Shown: positions 1-8,129 of the stretch, piece after piece
How positions within the stretch are numbered: position 1 is the stretch's first letter
Layout of the letters: every line of letters starts with the position of its first letter
Origin: Acutalibacteraceae bacterium
GTDB taxonomy: Bacteria > Bacillota > Clostridia > Oscillospirales > Acutalibacteraceae
Length of the DNA: 32,716 nucleotides
NCBI GenBank assembly: GCA_045134215.1
Contig: JBGUVH010000085.1
Coordinates: forward strand, 1 to 32,716
Direction: 5' to 3'
Made by a program: the position numbers and the translations under genes
Notes under the pieces: generated by a model
What the model was told of the DNA's origin: nothing
Seen by the model: only the letters and a program-made list of their open reading frames with translations
Database searches by the model: none

Positions 1-59
1 GAACAGGGCGACTCTGATAAAGAGGTCCAAGAATAAACAAAAAGACAGGAGCATAAATT

Positions 60-1052
60 ATGGTACAGAACTTAAAAGTCGATGTTATTTACTACAATAC
101 ACCTGCTGATTTTGAATTCGAGTTCAATCTCGGCGGTTGCTGTCCTTCACGAATACTAAACAGCCGCACCGCCTCCCCTGCTGAAATGCTTACCAGCCTT
201 TCCAAAGCTGTAAGCCGCAGCCGTATTATTCTTATTATAGGAAAAATCAACGAGGATGACGGTCTTATGGCTCTTGTTTCAAAGGCTATAGGAATACCGC
301 TTACAAATATAGACAGCAGCGAATTTTCTGTTGTTTACCCTGAGAATCCCAATGTTATAAAAAACGCATTACCTCTTATAAGTAATGACGGTATTCTCTC
401 GGGCTGCATTATCGAAAGCGGACCTCAGGCGATTGTTCTGCTTCCTGACAGCAAGTCTCTTCGTAAGGAAATTTGCGAAAGCCTTGTATTTCCATACATT
501 ACCGCTTTAAGCAAAACCCCTGAAACAGACAGCGTAAATTCAGAAGCAGAGGAGCAAACCGAAGAAGCTCCCATTACCGAAGAAATCGTTGAAGAGGTAA
601 CAGCAGAAGCTGAAGAAGAGCAAGAGGCAACCGAAATTTCAGAGGAAAGCAACGAGGGAGCTGAAAAAGCAGGTGAAGCTGATTCAAACGAAGAAATTGA
701 GGAAGCGGCTGAATTTATTCAACCAGATGATGAGGTAATATTCACAACAGGCGACGAAGCTTTCGACAACATCGAAGACGCAGAAGACGGCAACGCCCCC
801 ATAATTGATGAAAACTATATATTTACTGCAAACAGCATAGAAAATGAAGATAAAACCTATGATTCAGACGAGGAGGAAGACGAAGCGCCAAGAAAAAAAT
901 CCCGTCTAAGCGGACTAAGCATTGCAATTATTGTACTTGTTGGAATTCTGCTTATCGTAGCGGCAGCTCTTTTATATATTTTCTTTTATCATTCTTCTTC
1001 CAATTCCGTACCGGTACTTGAATATGTAAAAGAAATTTTTAATTTCTCATAG
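60..1052 (+). CDS. Membrane-anchored hypothetical protein: degenerate CinA/MoCF-binding-like N-domain, long D/E-rich linker, C-terminal TM helix
   Basis: 330-aa ORF with AGGAG 8 nt upstream of the ATG. The N-terminal ~150 aa loosely resemble the CinA N-domain (RSRIILIIGKINEDDGL..., GPQAIVLLPDSKSLRKEI) but lack the GGLGPT motif. Residues ~160-275 are strongly acidic. C-terminal hydrophobic helix LSIAIIVLVGILLIVAAALLYIFFY. Confidence 0.7.
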   Translation: MVQNLKVDVIYYNTPADFEFEFNLGGCCPSRILNSRTASPAEMLTSLSKAVSRSRIILIIGKINEDDGLMALVSKAIGIPLTNIDSSEFSVVYPENPNVIKNALPLISNDGILSGCIIESGPQAIVLLPDSKSLRKEICESLVFPYITALSKTPETDSVNSEAEEQTEEAPITEEIVEEVTAEAEEEQEATEISEESNEGAEKAGEADSNEEIEEAAEFIQPDDEVIFTTGDEAFDNIEDAEDGNAPIIDENYIFTANSIENEDKTYDSDEEEDEAPRKKSRLSGLSIAIIVLVGILLIVAAALLYIFFYHSSSNSVPVLEYVKEIFNFS

Positions 1053-1067
1053 AGTGAGGTAAATTTA

Positions 1068-1580
1068 ATGACCGAAGAATTAGTGAATAGCTTTGTGGAA
1101 TTTTTTAAAAGCAAAATTCCCGATGAATTACTTATTTTTATTATTTCAATGCTACCAATTCTGGAGCTTAGAGGCGGCCTTATTGCTGCGGCTCTTTTGA
1201 ATGTTAATCTTCTTGTAGCTTTTCCTATATGCGTTTTGGGAAATATACTTCCTATTCCCTTTGTGCTACTCTTTATAAGAAAGATTTTTGAACTGCTAAA
1301 AAAAACAAAGCTTTTCTCAAAAACGGTTACAAGGCTGGATGAAAAAGCAAAAGAAAAAGCCAATTCAAAAACAATGCTTAAATATAAAGCATGGGGACTT
1401 TTCCTGTTTGTTGCAATTCCTCTTCCCGGCACAGGGGGCTGGACAGGAGCATTGGTAGCAGATGTTATGGACATACGACTCAAAACAGCTCTGCCGATTA
1501 TCGCTCTTGGTATTATATCCGCAGGTCTGATAATGTCCTTCATATCATACGGAATTCCAGCTATTATAGGGATGTTTTAA
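1068..1580 (+). CDS. Small multidrug export protein family (COG2426 / PF06695-like) membrane protein
   Basis: 170-aa ORF with GAGGT 7 nt upstream. Has the family-typical LPILELRGGLIAA motif and several TM helices (PLPGTGGWTGALVA). Confidence 0.78.
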   Translation: MTEELVNSFVEFFKSKIPDELLIFIISMLPILELRGGLIAAALLNVNLLVAFPICVLGNILPIPFVLLFIRKIFELLKKTKLFSKTVTRLDEKAKEKANSKTMLKYKAWGLFLFVAIPLPGTGGWTGALVADVMDIRLKTALPIIALGIISAGLIMSFISYGIPAIIGMF

Positions 1581-1585
1581 AAGAA

Positions 1586-1624
1586 CAAAAAACCGAAGTG
1601 CAGAAAACACTTCGGTTTTTGTTT
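1586..1624. terminator. Bidirectional intrinsic terminator between the convergent export-protein gene and htrA
   Basis: 10-bp stem aaccgaagtg (1591-1600) / cacttcggtt (1608-1617) with a 7-nt loop. An A-run lies upstream and a T-run (tttttgttttt) downstream, so the hairpin works on both strands. Confidence 0.8.
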
Positions 1625-2899
1625 TTATTGAGCATTATTTGAGCTGACTGTAATTGCAGTAGAATAATATCTTCCCGAACGGTAAATCTTAACCGAAACG
1701 GTATCCCCTGAATTGCATTTTGAAAGTGCCTCTGATACAGCATCTACATTTGATACGGCAGTACCGTTAAATTCTGTAACTATATCACCGCTTTTAATTC
1801 CCGCTGCATCGGCAGGTCCACCGCCAACCACGCTGTTAACAACCGCACCTGCAGGATAACCGTACATTTGAAGTCTTGTTTCTGTCCAGGAATTGCTGAA
1901 GGTAATTCCAATGTATGGATCGGGATTATATTCTTTAGCTATTATCTTATCACAGATGTCCTTTACAGTATCGGCAGGAATAGCAAAGCCCATACCCTCA
2001 AAGCTTTCAGAAACTATTTTTGAGCTGTTCACACCAACAAGCTCACCCTTTGTATTAACGAGCGCTCCGCCCGAATTACCTGGGTTGATAGCCGCATCGG
2101 TCTGTATAAGCGAAACCTCTTTTTCAGCAGCATTGGAAGCGGCAACCGTACGGTTTAATCCGCTTATTATACCATAGCTGACACTTCCCATAAACTCAAG
2201 TCCACCGGGTGCGCCTACTGCTGCAACATACTGTCCTACAGCAAGATTACTTACATCGGCAAAATCAATTACACTTAGTCCGTCCTTTTCAACCTTTATA
2301 ACAGCAAGGTCATAGGCAATATTATAGCCAACTACTGTTGCGGATACAGGGTTTTCTATATCACTTTCAAAGAAAACCTCTATTGACGCATTTGTTCTTC
2401 CCGTAGCGCTTTTAATAACGTGATAGTTGGTAATAATATATCCGTCATCAGTATATATTACTCCTGAGCCCTCGCCTGTAGATTCGGTGCTTCCGCCAAA
2501 AAAGCTCTGAACAGCCGCTGTGGTGCGTATACCTACAACGCTTGGAGTAACTTTTTTTGCAACAGCTTCAATTGCTGAATTTACTGTTTCGTCAACAGTA
2601 ATATTAATATCGGTACGGTTTTCTCCACTACTCTGATTTTCAGAAGGAGTCTGGGGAATTTTTGCAATCATATAGCTTGCGGCAAAAGCGCCTCCCGATA
2701 TTCCTATAATAAGCGACAGAAGTACGCATACAAGCACAGTCACCCAGTTCCTGCTCTTCTTTTCGTCCTTTTTTGTATTTACAGTGTTATTATTATAATA
2801 AGGAACCGAATAGTCAGGACTGTAAACATAGCTCTGCTTTTCTTCGTTTTTTGGCAGCTCGTCATTATGCGAGCTGTTATTTATATTGAATTCATCCAT
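1625..2899 (-). CDS. htrA: HtrA/DegP-family trypsin-like serine protease with PDZ domain, N-terminal membrane anchor
   Basis: Catalytic triad contexts ITNYHVI, YDLAVIKV and GNSGGALVN. C-terminal PDZ-like region (GIKSGDIVTEFNG). TM helix near the N-terminus. AAGGAG 7 nt upstream of the ATG. Confidence 0.9.
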   Translation of the reverse strand: MDEFNINNSSHNDELPKNEEKQSYVYSPDYSVPYYNNNTVNTKKDEKKSRNWVTVLVCVLLSLIIGISGGAFAASYMIAKIPQTPSENQSSGENRTDINITVDETVNSAIEAVAKKVTPSVVGIRTTAAVQSFFGGSTESTGEGSGVIYTDDGYIITNYHVIKSATGRTNASIEVFFESDIENPVSATVVGYNIAYDLAVIKVEKDGLSVIDFADVSNLAVGQYVAAVGAPGGLEFMGSVSYGIISGLNRTVAASNAAEKEVSLIQTDAAINPGNSGGALVNTKGELVGVNSSKIVSESFEGMGFAIPADTVKDICDKIIAKEYNPDPYIGITFSNSWTETRLQMYGYPAGAVVNSVVGGGPADAAGIKSGDIVTEFNGTAVSNVDAVSEALSKCNSGDTVSVKIYRSGRYYSTAITVSSNNAQ

Positions 2900-2982
2900 A
2901 ATAATTCTCCTTTACCGGTGTGGCTAAAGTATAAATCACAGATTTAACATTTTTGCTTCTTAATTGTTAACAAACAGTTAAA

Positions 2983-3681
2983 TTATGCTTTCTTATTTCT
3001 GTTTTTAATATCTTTTACGAGAGAAATAACAATAAAAACAACCAATGCAGCTACTGCAAGTAAGCTTACTGACACTATTATTATAGACAGCATATCAGAG
3101 GATAAATCCTTTTTAATGCTCAGACTGTTCATAACCTGAATTATATTGTTTTCGTCCACAAGCTCAAACATTTCATCATCAGTAGTAAAAGATACCACAT
3201 ATAATTTACCGTTTTTAACAGTTACATACTGACGGGTACAGAACGGACGACTCGGTCCCATCACATTTCCGTCGGAAAATATGTATGTTGCATCATCGGT
3301 TTTAAAACAAGAAAGATAATCAGGGACAAGTGTTTTGGCTATCTCATTAAGCTCAAGCTGTGTATAAACAGAAAAATCCTCCACACGCTTTGAAAATTCA
3401 GTGGTTTCAGAGATAACAGTAAAGCTTAATCTTCTATCCTTTCTTGCACCGCTAAGCAAAATACCTGAGCTTTCCATATTCTCTTTTATTTTGTTTTTTT
3501 CCATTGAAAAAAGCTCTGCAGCCTCCTCTGGAATACTGTCAGGGGTAAAAACAACCAATTCGTCATAAGGCTTAAAGCTTAAATCCCCAGTCCTTATTTC
3601 ACCACAGCCACAAACAGCAATACATAGGAATAATATAGAAAACAAAACAGCGATAATTTTCTTCATACTCTTAAATTCCAT
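2983..3681 (-). CDS. Hypothetical lipoprotein with an additional C-terminal TM anchor
   Basis: Signal peptide MKKIIAVLFSILFLCIAVCGC with a lipobox-like AVCGC, and a C-terminal helix LSIIIVSVSLLAVAALVVFIVISLV followed by a basic tail. The start is ambiguous: ATG at 3681 or ATG at 3666, and neither has a strong SD. Confidence 0.65.
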   Translation of the reverse strand: MEFKSMKKIIAVLFSILFLCIAVCGCGEIRTGDLSFKPYDELVVFTPDSIPEEAAELFSMEKNKIKENMESSGILLSGARKDRRLSFTVISETTEFSKRVEDFSVYTQLELNEIAKTLVPDYLSCFKTDDATYIFSDGNVMGPSRPFCTRQYVTVKNGKLYVVSFTTDDEMFELVDENNIIQVMNSLSIKKDLSSDMLSIIIVSVSLLAVAALVVFIVISLVKDIKNRNKKA

Positions 3682-4522
3682 TCTGTTTTTTAGCGGCAGT
3701 GACGGTGTTACACATAAGCATAGCTCTTGTCATAGGTCCTACACCACCGGGTACGGGAGTTATCATAGAAGCCTTTGCGCTGACATTTTCATAATCAACG
3801 TCACCGCAAAGCTTACCCTCTTTATTGCGGTTCATTCCTACATCTATAACCACTGCTCCATCCTTTACCATATCGGCAGTAACAAAACCGGCCTTACCCA
3901 CAGCAGAAATGAGTATATCTGCATTTGCGCAAACCTCTTTAAGATTCTTTGTTCTTGAATGACAAATGGTAACGGTTGCATTACTGTGAAGCATAAGCAT
4001 TGCCATAGGCTTACCTACTATATTGCTTCTTCCTATAACAACACAGCTCTTACCTTCAGCCGAAATATTATAGTACTTAAGCATTTCCATAATTCCCGCA
4101 GGTGTGCAGGGCAGAAATTCATACTTTCCTGTCATAATCTTACCTACATTTTCGGGATGAAACGCATCAACATCCTTAAAAGGCGAAATGGTTTCAAGCA
4201 CCTTTGTTTCATCAAGATGCTTTGGTAACGGAAGCTGACATAAAATTCCGTTTATTTCTTTGTCCTCATTAAGCTTTTCAATAAGAGCCAAAAGCTCATC
4301 CATTGTTGTTTCCTCAGGGAGAGCATACTCAACAGACTTTATGCCCAGCTCGTCGCAATCCTTTCTTTTATTTGCAACATATACACAGGAGGCAGGGTCG
4401 TTACCTACTAATATAACAGCAAGGCATACAGGTATATTATTCTTATACAGCGCTTCTACCTCGTCTTTAGCTTTATTTTTTACATACGCAGCTACAGCAC
4501 GTCCGTCAATAATTTGCGGCAT
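3671..4522 (-). CDS. folD: Bifunctional methylenetetrahydrofolate dehydrogenase / methenyltetrahydrofolate cyclohydrolase
   Basis: 283 aa with canonical FolD blocks (VGNDPASCVYVANKRK, GRSNIVGKPMAMLL, PVPGGVGPMT). Confidence 0.95.
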   Translation of the reverse strand: MPQIIDGRAVAAYVKNKAKDEVEALYKNNIPVCLAVILVGNDPASCVYVANKRKDCDELGIKSVEYALPEETTMDELLALIEKLNEDKEINGILCQLPLPKHLDETKVLETISPFKDVDAFHPENVGKIMTGKYEFLPCTPAGIMEMLKYYNISAEGKSCVVIGRSNIVGKPMAMLMLHSNATVTICHSRTKNLKEVCANADILISAVGKAGFVTADMVKDGAVVIDVGMNRNKEGKLCGDVDYENVSAKASMITPVPGGVGPMTRAMLMCNTVTAAKKQNGI

Positions 4523-4525
4523 TTT

Positions 4526-5491
4526 TTATTCTCCTTCCGTAATTTCGGCTTCTTCGGTTTCTTCTATGCTGTCCTCACAAAGAGCTTCAACAGCTTCGGT
4601 TTCTTCCTCTATGTTCTCCTCGTCCTTCATCTGCTCATCAAACATTGCTTCGTAGGGCAGTGTTTCATAAACCTTTTTAGTTTTATTAAAGAAGTAAACA
4701 AGTAAAATAACACAAACAATAAAAGCAATAGCGGCAACCAGCTGTGAAACGCGAATTTCACCTATAGTAAGACTGTCTGTACGGATTCCTTCAATAAAGA
4801 ATCTTCCAAGTCCGTACCAAGCGCCGTACATAAGGAAAATCTGTCCGCTGAATTTACGTTTTTTGCTTATATTATGAAGAATAACAAAGCCTATTATACA
4901 CCACAGTGATTCATACAAAAAGCAGGGATGAACAAGTCCTACACCCATTTCTCTTATAGTTGTTTCACTTTGCATCCCCCACCATGAGCTTCCCGTAAAT
5001 GTACCGTAAGCCTCTTGGTTAGTAAAGTTGCCCCATCTTCCTATTGCCTGACCTATAAGAAAGCCAAGAGAAGCAAGGTCAAACATATCCAAAATATTCA
5101 CCTTGCGAAGCTTACACATAAGCGCTCCGCAAAGGAAAGCGCCTATAACACCGCCGTAAATAGCAAGACCTGAAAACCCGCCTGCTTCTCCAAAACCGAA
5201 AAATTCCTTTATTGAAGATATTCTTGTTCCGTTTACATTTTCAAAAATACAGTAATATGCTCTTGCGCAAAGGATAGCAACGGGAATGGTAACAATTACC
5301 ACATCAAGCATTCTGTCCTTGTCTATGCCGAAGCGTGAAGCGAATTTCATACCGTAAATAAGCGCAAGAAGACATCCTGTGCCAATAAGAATTCCATACC
5401 AGTATATCGGCCAACCTGCACCGACAGGTATAGTAAATGCTATGGGGTCAATAGTAATGGTTATACCAAAAATCGTAATAGTATTCGCCAT
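4526..5491 (-). CDS. lgt: Prolipoprotein diacylglyceryl transferase with an acidic C-terminal extension
   Basis: Lgt signature GRWGNFTNQEAYG and a multi-TM profile. The last ~40 aa are E/D-rich (EEETEAVEALCEDSIEETEEAEITEGE). Confidence 0.92.
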   Translation of the reverse strand: MANTITIFGITITIDPIAFTIPVGAGWPIYWYGILIGTGCLLALIYGMKFASRFGIDKDRMLDVVIVTIPVAILCARAYYCIFENVNGTRISSIKEFFGFGEAGGFSGLAIYGGVIGAFLCGALMCKLRKVNILDMFDLASLGFLIGQAIGRWGNFTNQEAYGTFTGSSWWGMQSETTIREMGVGLVHPCFLYESLWCIIGFVILHNISKKRKFSGQIFLMYGAWYGLGRFFIEGIRTDSLTIGEIRVSQLVAAIAFIVCVILLVYFFNKTKKVYETLPYEAMFDEQMKDEENIEEETEAVEALCEDSIEETEEAEITEGE

Positions 5492-5506
5492 ATTAAAACA
5501 TCCTTT

Positions 5507-6778
5507 CTAATTCTTCGGAAGTATAACTGAAAGAACAGATTTTTCTTCATAAAGTTTTTTAAGGCACTGTATTACCTTTTCTTCAGTGACACCGGCAATA
5601 ATGTCAGGCTCACTGAACAAATCAAAGCCAAACATAGCGCACTCTATCATCTGACTCGCAATATTCTCGGTACTGTTAAACCTTCTTATAACATCACCGT
5701 ACATAGCGCGTTTAACAGTAGCCAGAAGCTGTTCTTCAACACCCTCGTCAATAATTCGCTTTATCTCACTCAGAATTTCGTTCTTCACGTCACTTGGCGC
5801 TTCCGACTCACCTGAAAACATTACGCAGGCATATCCGCTTCCTGTGAAATATTCGGTTTCAAACTCATCATTTATAAGCTCAAGGTCAATAAGCCGCTTA
5901 TAGAGAGGAGAGCAGTCCCCTGCAAGTACCTCAAGCGCAACACCCATTTCCACACGCTCTTGGGCCGTTTTTTCAGGTCTGTCGCACTGTTCCTTAAAGC
6001 CAAAGCAGAACTGAGGAGAAGACACCTCAAGGCACTGCTCGGTATATACTCTTTTAACATCTGCACCCTCACTAAAAGAGCCTCTTACTATATCAACAGG
6101 CTTTGAGGAAAGAAGATGCTTATCCACAAAATCGGCAACCTCGTCAGCCTTTACATTACCTGCCACGCAGACAAACATATTAGAAGGATTATAAAAGGTA
6201 TTATAACATTCATAAAGCAGCTTATCGGTTATTTCCGATATACTTTCTACCGTTCCTGCAATATCAATTCTTACAGGATGCTTTTCATACATTGCTTCCA
6301 GCATATTGAAAAGCACACGCCAGGAGGGGCTGTCATCATACATTCTTATTTCCTGTCCGATAATCCCTTGCTCTTTTTTAACCGTCTGTGCTGTAAAATA
6401 AGGATGCTGAACAAAATCAAGCAATATTTCCAGATTGTCATAAAAACGGTCTGAACAGGAAAACAGATAACAGGTTCTGTCAAAAGAGGTATATGCATTA
6501 GCACTTGCTCCTGTTTCTGCATAACGGGAAAAAGCATCCCCATCCTCGCTTTCGAAAAGCTTATGCTCAAGAAAATGAGCAATTCCCTCAGGAACCGAAA
6601 CAAAGCTTTTTCCACCGTCGCTACTAAAAAAGGTATCAATCGAACCGTATTTAGTACCGAACACAGCGTAATTAGAAGAATAATCGGGTTTTTCATATAC
6701 AAAAATCTTAAGTCCCGAAGGATGAAGATATTTTACATAAGCTTCACCGAAGCGGCCCTTTAATATTTCTTTTTTCAT
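5507..6778 (-). CDS. M16 (pitrilysin/insulinase) family zinc peptidase, catalytic-type subunit
   Basis: HxxEH zinc motif (HFLEHKLFE). I prefer the ATG at 6778 (MKKEILKG...) because the longer track ORF would overlap the upstream gene; its stop is at 6783. Confidence 0.87.
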   Translation of the reverse strand: MKKEILKGRFGEAYVKYLHPSGLKIFVYEKPDYSSNYAVFGTKYGSIDTFFSSDGGKSFVSVPEGIAHFLEHKLFESEDGDAFSRYAETGASANAYTSFDRTCYLFSCSDRFYDNLEILLDFVQHPYFTAQTVKKEQGIIGQEIRMYDDSPSWRVLFNMLEAMYEKHPVRIDIAGTVESISEITDKLLYECYNTFYNPSNMFVCVAGNVKADEVADFVDKHLLSSKPVDIVRGSFSEGADVKRVYTEQCLEVSSPQFCFGFKEQCDRPEKTAQERVEMGVALEVLAGDCSPLYKRLIDLELINDEFETEYFTGSGYACVMFSGESEAPSDVKNEILSEIKRIIDEGVEEQLLATVKRAMYGDVIRRFNSTENIASQMIECAMFGFDLFSEPDIIAGVTEEKVIQCLKKLYEEKSVLSVILPKN

Positions 6779-6782
6779 AGCC

Positions 6783-8057
6783 TTACACCTTCTCTGCATT
6801 AAGCAATAAATAAACTGTATTAAGGCTACAGTTTTCTGCCGCCCTGACAACCGACTCTCTGGTAACCTCTGAGAGCTTCTCTATTATTTCATCGGGAGAA
6901 TAGATATTGCCGTTTACCGCCTTGACGGTATACCACACATCAAGTCCACTCTGGCTGTCATTATAGGTTTTAAGTGAATCCTTTATGCTTTTAAGTGACG
7001 ACTCAAATTCAAAATCACTGAATTCTCCCGCCTTCATTATGCCGAGCTGTTCAAGTATTGCTTCTTCAGCCTTGGTAGCATTTTCCTGCTCCACACCGCA
7101 GTCAACAGTCATATAACCTTTATTTCTCACAGACTGCGCACTGCAATAATAGCAAAGACTCATTTTTTCACGCACATTGGTAAACAGCCTTGAATAAGGT
7201 CCGCCGCCGAAAATATCACACATCATCATTACATCAAGTGTGGAGTCATCATCACCGCCGCCGCAGTTAAAGCCCATAACCAGCTTTCCCTGAGCTACAT
7301 CCATTCTTTCTTCTACCCTTTTGGCTTCATTTCTCTTTTTAAGGACAGAAACATTTTTAATGTCAGTTATATTCTTTCTTTCTATTGCAGAAAATTCCTG
7401 TTTTATACGCTCATAAACCTGTACAGGCTCTTCCTCGCCTATTATATGAATACGCACATAAGAGGAGCTTAGCATTTCCCTCCAGGCATTATAAAGCTCT
7501 TTACCTGTTATTTTTAAAACCTGCTCAACAGTACCAAGTCTATAAAGACCGTAAGGGTCATCCTCAAACATTTCGGCAACAAGTCGGTTTCTTGCATAAA
7601 TCCGCTTTTCGTTAAGGTCGCCTCTGATACGCTCAATAAGCTTACGCTTTTCTCTTTTTAGGTCTTCTTCATAAAAAGAGCCGTTTTCGGTTTTAGGACT
7701 GAATATCAAATCAAGAAGCAGACCTATAGTATCCTCAACAACCCTTTCGCCGCCGAAGGCATACTTATTATTAATTGAAGATGCCGAAAACTTTACACAA
7801 AGACAATTGCCAACCTTTGAAACCGAGGCAACCGCGTCGGCTCCGTAAAGGGATGAAAGCTTAAAGTTAAGCTTAAGGTAATCGGGATAATCTGCACTGC
7901 AGGTAGCCATAACCTCGGGAAGCAGAGCGAATTTTGCAATAGTAGCTTCACAAAGCGGCAGGTAAAAATTCACCGACACATAGGTGGTATTAAAAGATTT
8001 ATTGGGCAGATACAGTGCTTCCACACCGTCTGCTATTTTTTTTATTTTTTTCGGCAA
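6783..8057 (-). CDS. M16 family peptidase-like protein lacking the HxxEH motif (probable non-catalytic partner)
   Basis: Two-domain M16 length and fold signals but no HxxEH. The track start at 8072 is a TTG with no SD. The TTG at 8057 is preceded by GGAGG with a 7-nt spacer, so I prefer it. Confidence 0.82.
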   Translation of the reverse strand: MPKKIKKIADGVEALYLPNKSFNTTYVSVNFYLPLCEATIAKFALLPEVMATCSADYPDYLKLNFKLSSLYGADAVASVSKVGNCLCVKFSASSINNKYAFGGERVVEDTIGLLLDLIFSPKTENGSFYEEDLKREKRKLIERIRGDLNEKRIYARNRLVAEMFEDDPYGLYRLGTVEQVLKITGKELYNAWREMLSSSYVRIHIIGEEEPVQVYERIKQEFSAIERKNITDIKNVSVLKKRNEAKRVEERMDVAQGKLVMGFNCGGGDDDSTLDVMMMCDIFGGGPYSRLFTNVREKMSLCYYCSAQSVRNKGYMTVDCGVEQENATKAEEAILEQLGIMKAGEFSDFEFESSLKSIKDSLKTYNDSQSGLDVWYTVKAVNGNIYSPDEIIEKLSEVTRESVVRAAENCSLNTVYLLLNAEKV

Positions 8058-8129
8058 AACTAATTCCTCCAAAAAATCATTAGGATTAAGATTCTCTAAT
8101 ATTTTGATTTATTATATCGTTTCCTTTTA

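Noticed and set aside
1-59. Possible 3' end of an upstream plus-strand gene (frame 1 ends at the TAA at 34-36)
   Set aside because: Only 11 codons are visible and another frame is also open, so no call can be supported.
989-1543. 184-aa minus-strand ORF opposite the PF06695 export protein gene
   Set aside because: It lies wholly antisense to a well-supported CDS, has low-complexity composition and has no SD. It is a shadow ORF.
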